This document shows, piece after piece, positions 25,694 through 32,000 of a stretch of 32,000 nt of DNA. Location of the stretch: NCBI RefSeq assembly GCF_000018465.1, contig NC_010085.1, positions 480,001 to 512,000 on the forward strand, given 5' to 3'. The stretch is from Nitrosopumilus maritimus SCM1. GTDB lineage: Archaea; Thermoproteota; Nitrososphaeria; Nitrososphaerales; Nitrosopumilaceae. Under the pieces are notes generated by a model that made no database searches, was not told the origin of the DNA, and saw nothing but the letters and a program-made list of their open reading frames with translations. A program made the translations under genes and the position numbers. Each line of letters opens with the position of its first letter. Position 1 is the first letter of the stretch.

Positions 25694-26082
25694 TTGTGCA
25701 AGACAGTGCAGTCCTATCAGTTAAATCAATTTTTAAATTATTTTCTTTAATGTCTCAAATAGAAGCCCAATACAACGAATTTACCAATTCAATAACTCAG
25801 ACTCTTTCAAATGTTGATGTCGATCTCTTACTCAAGATAATGTATCTTGAAAGAAAACTTCCAGATGCTCCTCCAATGGTTGAATTAACTATTGACTATA
25901 ATTCCGGCACAAATATCCAAAACAAACAAGAAGCAGTTAGAGCAAAATATGGATTCCCAATGAATGCTGGTGAGCATGGATTGACTCTAGTTGGTCGAAT
26001 GACAGTACCATTAATTGAAGAACTCTCTAAAAATCGAGATGTCAAATTCATTTCTGGTAAAGCAACCCCTGCATCATACTGA
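25690..26082 (+). CDS. Hypothetical protein
   Basis: 130 aa ORF overlapping preceding stop; TTG start. Confidence 0.6.
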   Translation: MIVQDSAVLSVKSIFKLFSLMSQIEAQYNEFTNSITQTLSNVDVDLLLKIMYLERKLPDAPPMVELTIDYNSGTNIQNKQEAVRAKYGFPMNAGEHGLTLVGRMTVPLIEELSKNRDVKFISGKATPASY

Positions 26083-26185
26083 TGCTGGAATTTCTCACTT
26101 TTTCTAAATTTTTAAAATAATCTTTTGTCTATTGTTGGCACTAGAAACTTTTTTCTAATTTAGTTAAAAGCAATCCTGCAGTTTT

Positions 26186-26860
26186 TTGTATTATGAGGAC
26201 ATACACTTCTTGGGGGATCTGTATTTGCGAGGAATATTTGAGTCACTAATTGTATTTGGTATAATGACTGGATTGCTATTGCCAGCAAGATTACTTTTTG
26301 TTGAATTTGTTTCTGATGATTGGTTAGGTTCCTTTGGTATTATCACTGCTATTTCTATGTCTGTCATAATTTTAGCAAAGAAACAGAAATTAGGATTCTT
26401 TGGTTCTATGCTTGAGAGACAAATCTACAAATTTCAAAAGGGAAAACGTGGAATTGTAGTATTTGGTGAATCTGTATTTTTGCTTTTGATTTTAGGTACG
26501 ATGATTGTAGCAATTGATCAAGGTAGCTCAATTCACTCTCAATACATGTTACAAAATTTTGAAACTATTCCAATGATGAATTCTCCAGAACAAGTTTTGG
26601 AAATGACAACTGAAATGAGTCCTACTGATTGGATTGTTGGATTCTTGTTAGCACCTTCAGCATTATTGACTGAATTTCCTAAAATGAGTGCAGCGATTGC
26701 ATCCATTGATCAATCCCTTGATGGATGGTTAATGCATTTTTACACTGTAGGATTTGTAGAATATTTGGAGTTGTTGGGAATTTTGATTTTCTATAGAGTT
26801 TCATTTAAGAGAAAAATCTCTGTTACTGCCAATCAATTGTATGTCAAGGCTGCAATTTAA
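26186..26860 (+). CDS. Integral membrane hypothetical protein
   Basis: Several hydrophobic segments (LIVFGIMTGLLLPARLLFV, FGIITAISMSVIILA, GIVVFGESVFLLLILGTMIVA). Confidence 0.65.
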   Translation: MYYEDIHFLGDLYLRGIFESLIVFGIMTGLLLPARLLFVEFVSDDWLGSFGIITAISMSVIILAKKQKLGFFGSMLERQIYKFQKGKRGIVVFGESVFLLLILGTMIVAIDQGSSIHSQYMLQNFETIPMMNSPEQVLEMTTEMSPTDWIVGFLLAPSALLTEFPKMSAAIASIDQSLDGWLMHFYTVGFVEYLELLGILIFYRVSFKRKISVTANQLYVKAAI

Positions 26861-26913
26861 CATCATTAATTCCTACGATATGATTATCTTAAATATTATA
26901 ACATAATACGACA

Positions 26914-27315
26914 ATGGTGAGTCGCGAAGATTTCAATTCTTCATCAATCAAAGTGCAAGACATTATGACACGTGCACTAATTACCGTAAATCCTAACACA
27001 ACTGCATTGCAGGTGGCAAAAATGATGGAACAAGGAGGAATAGGTGCAGTCATTGTAAAAGATGGTGATGATCTTGTAGGTATTGTTACTGACAGAGATT
27101 ACGCAACAAAGATTGCTGCAAATAATCTTCCTTTTGACACTACTGTTGAGAAAATAATGTCTTCTCCATTAATCACAATTAATCAAGGAGAGCCAATATC
27201 TGCTGCTGCAGAAACAATGGCTAGTAAAAAAATAAGAAAACTTGCAGTATCTGATAATGGTAACATTACTGGAATTATCACTTCTACTGATTTAGTTAAT
27301 CAACTAGCAAAGTAA
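26914..27315 (+). CDS. Tandem CBS-domain protein
   Basis: KVQDIMTRALITVNPNTTALQVAKMMEQGGIGAVIVKDGDDLVGIVTDRDYATK and second CBS repeat. Confidence 0.92.
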   Translation: MVSREDFNSSSIKVQDIMTRALITVNPNTTALQVAKMMEQGGIGAVIVKDGDDLVGIVTDRDYATKIAANNLPFDTTVEKIMSSPLITINQGEPISAAAETMASKKIRKLAVSDNGNITGIITSTDLVNQLAK

Positions 27316-27741
27316 CTAGTACGTTTTTGTCTTTCTAAGAAATAACGTAACTGATGCCATATAACATGCAGTAGCAATCATTTCAGAAATTAATGATGCT
27401 ATGAATGGCTCTATTCCAATTTCTAGAAAATAGTAAAAAGTTGGCCATCTTATTCCAAGGTAAACAATTTCTCCTACTCCAAATGATGAAATTAATGCAA
27501 GTAACTCTTTTTTGATTAATTCTCTTTTCATAGATTTGTAACGATCTTTGTTATCCCAATAGAACAATCCTGAAAAAATTCCAAAATAAACAACATATCC
27601 AAAAATTATGGTAAAGGTTGTGTTTAGATAATTGTCGTATCCTGATAACATTTGAGCAAACACTGCAGAAAGTGATGCAGAGATTACAAAACATATGAGA
27701 AAACTCCTGTTGATTCTAAGTAGCTGCTGATTTAGTTTCAT
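27316..27741 (-). CDS. Integral membrane hypothetical protein
   Basis: Four hydrophobic segments; stop codon directly abuts the CBS gene stop. Confidence 0.6.
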   Translation of the reverse strand: MKLNQQLLRINRSFLICFVISASLSAVFAQMLSGYDNYLNTTFTIIFGYVVYFGIFSGLFYWDNKDRYKSMKRELIKKELLALISSFGVGEIVYLGIRWPTFYYFLEIGIEPFIASLISEMIATACYMASVTLFLRKTKTY

Positions 27742-27792
27742 GATTTTTCAATAATTTGATAACTAATATTTTGTTAGAGTTTTGAGCAAATT

Positions 27793-28344
27793 ATGAAGCG
27801 ATGCAAATGGGCTACAGAGGAGCCAAACATAACCTATCATGATAAAGAATGGGGAAGACCTCAACATAATGATCAAAAATTATTTGAATTTTTAGTCCTG
27901 GAGGGTGCTCAGGCTGGTCTTTCATGGGTAACTATTCTCAAGCGTCGAAATGGCTACAAAAAAGCATTTTCTGATTTTGATGTCCTCAAAGTTTCAAAAT
28001 ATTCTGAAAAACGAATATTGAAATTATTGCAAGACGAATCCATAATTCGAAACAAACTCAAAATCAATTCTGCAGTAAATAATGCAAAACAATTTCTCAA
28101 AATCCAAGAAGAATTTGGTTCTTTTGACAAATATCTCTGGAGTTTTGTAAATGGAAAACCAATCAAAAATAAATTCAAAAAATTATCTGATTTACCTGCA
28201 TCAACTGAAATATCTGAAAAGCTTAGCAAAGACCTCAAAAAACATGGATTTAGTTTTGTTGGACCTACAATATGTTATGCATTAATGCAGGCAATAGGAA
28301 TGGTCAATGATCATACAACTGAGTGTTTTTTGCATGGAAAATGA
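27793..28344 (+). CDS. tag: DNA-3-methyladenine glycosylase I
   Basis: MKRCKWA...YHDKEWGRP...LFEFLVLEGAQAGLSWVTILKRR...FVGPTICYALMQAIGMVNDHTTECFLH. Confidence 0.95.
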   Translation: MKRCKWATEEPNITYHDKEWGRPQHNDQKLFEFLVLEGAQAGLSWVTILKRRNGYKKAFSDFDVLKVSKYSEKRILKLLQDESIIRNKLKINSAVNNAKQFLKIQEEFGSFDKYLWSFVNGKPIKNKFKKLSDLPASTEISEKLSKDLKKHGFSFVGPTICYALMQAIGMVNDHTTECFLHGK

Positions 28345-28372
28345 TTTTATTCTCCTACAATCTTGAAAAATT

Positions 28373-28744
28373 ATGGCAGAAGGAACATTTGCAACATCTG
28401 TAACTTGTATGGATGGTAGAATACAACTACCTCTTGCAAAATGGATCAAAGAAAATTATTCTGTTGATTATGTTGATGCAATTACAGAACCAGGTGTTGA
28501 TAAAAAAGTTTCAGACAATTCTGATCTTGAATCCATAAAGACAAAAGTTGGAATTTCAATTAATGCACACAAATCCGAACTAATCGTAGTGTCAGGTCAC
28601 TATGATTGTGCTGGTAACCCAGTTTCAGATGAAGAACACAAATCCCAAATCAAAAAAGGTGTTGAAGTTATTTCATCTTGGAATACTGGTGCTAAAGTTA
28701 TCGGTGTTTGGGTTGACGATACTTGGAATATCAACGTGTTATAG
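28373..28744 (+). CDS. Short beta-carbonic-anhydrase-like protein
   Basis: CMDGR (C12-x-D14-x-R16) and GHYDC (H76-x2-C79) match beta-CA zinc/active-site motifs CxDxR and HxxC; only 123 aa. Confidence 0.65.
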   Translation: MAEGTFATSVTCMDGRIQLPLAKWIKENYSVDYVDAITEPGVDKKVSDNSDLESIKTKVGISINAHKSELIVVSGHYDCAGNPVSDEEHKSQIKKGVEVISSWNTGAKVIGVWVDDTWNINVL

Positions 28745-28748
28745 AATA

Positions 28749-30014
28749 ATGGGTTCAAAACTTTCTCATTTTTCAAAAACAGCAGGACCTGGAATTTTAT
28801 TTGCTTGTACTGCCATAGGCGTCTCACACTTAATCCAGTCGACTCGTGCTGGCGCTGATTTTGGTTTAATGATCTTGGGGTTTGTTGTGCTTGCAACTGT
28901 GCTCAAATATCCTTTCTTTGAGTTTGGTTCTCGTTATGCAAACTCTACTCAAACAAGTATCATTGATGGATACAAAAAACTTGGAAAGCCAGCACTGTGG
29001 ATGTATTTTATAATCACAATCTGTTCAATGTTTTTTGTAACTGGTGCAGTAGGATTTGTAACTGCTGGATTTTTCGAGAATTTGTTTGGAATTGATTTTC
29101 TTGAAGAGTTCACTGTAGTTATTTTATTTGCAATTTGTGTTGGGATTCTAGCTGTTGGAAAATACAACGTTCTTGATAGTTTGATTAAGATTATTGCAAT
29201 TGTTTTACTTGTCTCAACTGTTTCAGCCTTTTTGTTAGCATTGTATAATGGTCCAATAGAAGAGGTTTCTGGATTTGCTCCAAAAGAACTTTGGAATTTG
29301 ACTGGAATCTTTTTCTTATTAGCATTAATGGGTTGGATGCCTGCTCCTCTTGATCTTTCTAGCTGGAATAGTTTATGGACACTTGAAAGATCAAAACAAA
29401 CTAGTTATCGACCAAAATTAAAAGAAACACTGTTAGAATTCAGATTGGCTTATCTGATAACTGGTATCTTGGCAGTCATGTTTGTTGTATTAGGTACTTT
29501 CATTTTCTATGGTTCAGGTGAAGAATTACCAAACAGTAATTCTAGTTTTGCTCACAAAGTTGTAACATTGTATACTCAGACTATTGGTGAGTGGAGTTAT
29601 GTCGTTATTGCAGCTTCTGCATTTTCTGTAATGTTTGGAACCATAATTGCGTTGTTTGATGGGTATTCTCGTTCCTTACAAAGAACTGTAGAATTGATTT
29701 TTTCTAAAAAAGAAGAGGCAATACGTACAAAATTCAAGACATTTTATGTTATTTTTCTGATCGTTCTGTCGGTTGGCTCATTGATTGTGATTTTCCAATT
29801 TGCAGGAAATCTAAAAGAATTAGTCGATTTTGCTACCGTTTTGTCTTTTGTAGTCGCGCCAGTTATTGCGATATTTAATTTCAGATTGGTTACTGGAAAG
29901 TATCTTCCAAAAGAATCTCAACCTTCAACTCTGTTGAGAATTTTGAGTTTTGCAGGAATTGTATTCCTTAGTGGATTTGCAATATTCTTCTTGGCAATGA
30001 AATTCTTATCATAA
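28749..30014 (+). CDS. Nramp-family-like metal ion transporter, divergent
   Basis: MGSKLSHFSKTAGPGILFACTAIGVSHLIQSTRAGADFG...; 421 aa, ~11 hydrophobic segments; ATG at 28749, ORF track start 28602 overlaps upstream gene. Confidence 0.8.
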   Translation: MGSKLSHFSKTAGPGILFACTAIGVSHLIQSTRAGADFGLMILGFVVLATVLKYPFFEFGSRYANSTQTSIIDGYKKLGKPALWMYFIITICSMFFVTGAVGFVTAGFFENLFGIDFLEEFTVVILFAICVGILAVGKYNVLDSLIKIIAIVLLVSTVSAFLLALYNGPIEEVSGFAPKELWNLTGIFFLLALMGWMPAPLDLSSWNSLWTLERSKQTSYRPKLKETLLEFRLAYLITGILAVMFVVLGTFIFYGSGEELPNSNSSFAHKVVTLYTQTIGEWSYVVIAASAFSVMFGTIIALFDGYSRSLQRTVELIFSKKEEAIRTKFKTFYVIFLIVLSVGSLIVIFQFAGNLKELVDFATVLSFVVAPVIAIFNFRLVTGKYLPKESQPSTLLRILSFAGIVFLSGFAIFFLAMKFLS

Positions 30015-30023
30015 TTTGTACCA

Positions 30024-30042
30024 TAAGCTTAGCCTTAGCAAG
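30024..30042 (+). promoter_or_regulatory. Possible DtxR/IdeR-like iron box upstream of ferritin
   Basis: TAAGCTTAGCCTTAGCAAG, 13/19 positions agree with remembered consensus TTAGGTTAGCCTAACCTAA; directly upstream of the TATA-like region. Confidence 0.25.
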
Positions 30043-30071
30043 TTTTTTTAATAGAAAATAACACAATACTT

Positions 30072-30596
30072 TTGAAAATCATGCGAATTTCTCCAAAAAT
30101 GAAAAAAGCTCTCAATGATCAAATTGCTTTAGAGGCTGCAGCTTCTAATAGCTACTTGGCAATGGCTTCATGGTGTGAAGTTACAGGATACCAAGGCGGT
30201 GCTGATTTTTTTTATGCACAATCTGATGAGGAAAAAACTCACATGCTAAAAATAATCCATTACCTAAATGACATTGGAGCTACCGCAACAATTCCTGCAG
30301 TAAAAGCACCAACAAGTTCTTACAAATCACTTGAAGGTGTAGTTAAAACTGCTCTAAAAAGTGAACAAACTGTTACAAAAGCAATTCACAAAATGGTTGA
30401 ACTCTCTCACAAAGAAAAAGATCATTGCACATATGCATTTTTAGAATGGTTTGTCAACGAACAAGTACAAGAAGAAACAAAATTTGAAACTATATTGCAA
30501 AAATTTGATCTTCTTGGCAGAGACAAATTAGGAATTAATGAAGTAGACAAATTCTTAGCTGCCCAAGCTGGCGATTCTGCTCCTCCTGCAGCTTAG
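30072..30596 (+). CDS. ftn: Non-haem ferritin
   Basis: LNDQIALEAAASNSYLAMASWCE, EEKTHMLKIIHYLNDIG, EWFVNEQVQEE. Confidence 0.93.
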   Translation: MKIMRISPKMKKALNDQIALEAAASNSYLAMASWCEVTGYQGGADFFYAQSDEEKTHMLKIIHYLNDIGATATIPAVKAPTSSYKSLEGVVKTALKSEQTVTKAIHKMVELSHKEKDHCTYAFLEWFVNEQVQEETKFETILQKFDLLGRDKLGINEVDKFLAAQAGDSAPPAA

Positions 30597-30665
30597 AACT
30601 TTTTTTTAAAATAATTAACACGGTATTGTTTTCAATTTTGTTTTAATTTCAATTCGCTCTAAACT

Positions 30666-30776
30666 CTAAGGTTTGTATTTTTCACATTTACAGCCTCGAA
30701 CCATACATTTTCCATTTCCATCCATATGAATTGAATTATCATGATAACATCCAATTATATTATTACTGCACTTCAT
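30666..30776 (-). CDS. 36-aa Cys/His-rich microprotein
   Basis: MKCSNNIIGCYHDNSIHMDGNGKCMVRGCKCEKYKP; GAGG 10 nt upstream of ATG. Confidence 0.45.
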   Translation of the reverse strand: MKCSNNIIGCYHDNSIHMDGNGKCMVRGCKCEKYKP

Positions 30777-30799
30777 TTTGATTTTCCTCAAATTAGAAA

Positions 30800-30913
30800 T
30801 TATTTTGACTCGTTATGGTCTTTACCAATGTGAGTAGCAAGGTCAATTACACTACTTCCAAAGTCCTTTCCGCAAAACTTGCAATGAAACGTATACTCAT
30901 TTGACAAGGACAA
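30800..30913 (-). CDS. 37-aa single C2H2-type zinc finger microprotein (TTG start)
   Basis: LSLSNEYTFHCKFCGKDFGSSVIDLATHIGKDHNESK; C-x2-C-x13-H-x4-H; TATA-like TTTAAATAAT about 25 nt upstream of the TTG. Confidence 0.5.
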   Translation of the reverse strand: MSLSNEYTFHCKFCGKDFGSSVIDLATHIGKDHNESK

Positions 30914-30958
30914 TTCTTGAACATAATATTATTTAAAAAATTTCTAATCTTGATTGAT

Positions 30959-31132
30959 TTATCCGTAAATTAGACAATGTTCGCATTCACAAACATCTTG
31001 TTTTCCTGCTTTCTTCAAACAATTCTTGTGTTGCCCTGCTTGACACTGGACACAAATCTCATCTAGGTTCTCAACAGATGTATATTTTTTTGATTGATCA
31101 AATCCAAAACCTCCATCTTGTGGTCCTACCAT
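30959..31132 (-). CDS. 57-aa Cys-rich small protein
   Basis: MVGPQDGGFGFDQSKKYTSVENLDEICVQCQAGQHKNCLKKAGKQDVCECEHCLIYG; CVQC...HKNC...CECEHC. Confidence 0.6.
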   Translation of the reverse strand: MVGPQDGGFGFDQSKKYTSVENLDEICVQCQAGQHKNCLKKAGKQDVCECEHCLIYG

Positions 31133-31163
31133 ATTTTTACATGTATGATGTAGTATTTCTAGT

Positions 31164-31466
31164 TCACTGATTTATTGCAGATTTTATTGTATCAAGTAAT
31201 TCATTTTTATGTTCTTCAATGATTCCTCTTATCTCAAATGAATCAACATATCCTCCAGCTGATGCACGTGTTGCTTTTAGTAAATAATGCAATGCACCCT
31301 CTTCAATTTTTCCAATATAGTATCCATACAAAAAATCTATTTCATTTTCACACTTCCAAATTTTTTTAATGTTTGGAAATGTTTGTTTTATCTCCGAATT
31401 AATTTCTAAAATTCTATTTTTTATGTATTGATCAAGTGATTTTCTAATTGTGGAATCTTGTAACAA
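31164..31466 (-). CDS. Hypothetical protein
   Basis: 100-aa uninterrupted ORF, no family recognised. Confidence 0.5.
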   Translation of the reverse strand: MLQDSTIRKSLDQYIKNRILEINSEIKQTFPNIKKIWKCENEIDFLYGYYIGKIEEGALHYLLKATRASAGGYVDSFEIRGIIEEHKNELLDTIKSAINQ

Positions 31467-31492
31467 TTGTAATTTGTTTAGAATCCTTGTTT

Positions 31493-31636
31493 TTAGTCCT
31501 TTTTCTCATCATTGGCATCTTCTGGGTTATCCCACATGTGCATTGTTCCTCTGATCATAAATGAGCCTACGATAATGGCTACTAGCCCTCCTACGATAAA
31601 CACAAAAAATTTACCTACGTCTTTTATGCTTGCCAA
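31493..31636 (-). CDS. 47-aa single-TM micropeptide (TTG start)
   Basis: LASIKDVGKFFVFIVGGLVAIIVGSFMIRGTMHMWDNPEDANDEKKD. Confidence 0.4.
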   Translation of the reverse strand: MASIKDVGKFFVFIVGGLVAIIVGSFMIRGTMHMWDNPEDANDEKKD

Positions 31637-31721
31637 TGATGCTTTATTGTTGTCATTCTAATTATAATTGTCTAAGTGATTCAATTAGATTCAATAATGA
31701 GATTGAAATGAATTTTATCAT

Positions 31722-31820
31722 ATGTCTAGGATTAAACAAATCGCTATTTGGATTGGAATAATCGGTGGAGGAATAGGATTCTTCTTCTTTTCAATAGAAG
31801 CTGCAGAATTTATGCGATAA
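31722..31820 (+). CDS. 32-aa single-TM micropeptide
   Basis: MSRIKQIAIWIGIIGGGIGFFFFSIEAAEFMR. Confidence 0.35.
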   Translation: MSRIKQIAIWIGIIGGGIGFFFFSIEAAEFMR

Positions 31821-31860
31821 TTCTCAAAAATTAATTACATCCTAACAACTTGTAAAAATA

Positions 31861-32000
31861 TTGTTTGAAATTACTGAAGAAATCAAGAACTTTTTGAATC
31901 TACAAAAATTAGGTTATGTTGCCACAGTATCTTCCGATGGAATGCCAAACATTTCTCCTAAGGGAACCATAATTGGATGGTCAAAAAACCAATTAGCATT
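31861..32000 (+). CDS. Pyridoxamine 5'-phosphate oxidase-like FMN-binding protein, N-terminus (partial)
   Basis: TTG start: LFEITEEIKNFLNLQKLGYVATVSSDGMPNISPKGTIIGWSKNQLA. Confidence 0.6.
   Translation, partial: MFEITEEIKNFLNLQKLGYVATVSSDGMPNISPKGTIIGWSKNQLA

Noticed and set aside
28600-28896. 98-aa minus-strand ORF
   Set aside because: Antisense to the carbonic-anhydrase-like and Nramp-like genes; no family features.

Overview
AT-rich archaeal chromosomal window, inferred to be from an ammonia-oxidising thaumarchaeon of the Nitrosopumilus type. The basis is its archaeal shikimate enzymes, short intergenic regions, TATA boxes close to start codons, and overall protein character. It is mostly densely packed housekeeping DNA: thiamine genes (thiD-thiN fusion, thiC), a nearly complete aromatic amino acid cluster in pathway order (4663-13801, minus strand), an MqnC-like radical SAM and UbiD pair, peroxiredoxin, aquaporin, tRNA-Arg(GCG), CBS protein, Tag glycosylase, a very short beta-carbonic-anhydrase-like protein, a divergent Nramp-like transporter and ferritin. 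No phage, transposon, CRISPR or defence system is visible. The most notable items are: (1) an unannotated structured RNA candidate at about 8160-8285 (+), inside the aro cluster, with its own TATA box, an 11-bp closing helix, and a mutually exclusive 9-bp helix; every wobble pair favours the plus strand; (2) a membrane sensor/HATPase fusion with 23 near-perfect copies of an 18-bp repeat (EPTPEP) where a histidine-containing dimerisation domain would be expected; (3) a paralogous pair of PAExK-repeat/LPKG-motif proteins sharing a 253-bp identical DNA block; (4) a run of cysteine/histidine-rich microprotein ORFs below the ORF track cutoff (30666-31132, minus, plus one at 2712-2810); (5) a mini carbonic-anhydrase-like protein next to an Nramp-like transporter that lacks the DPGN motif.
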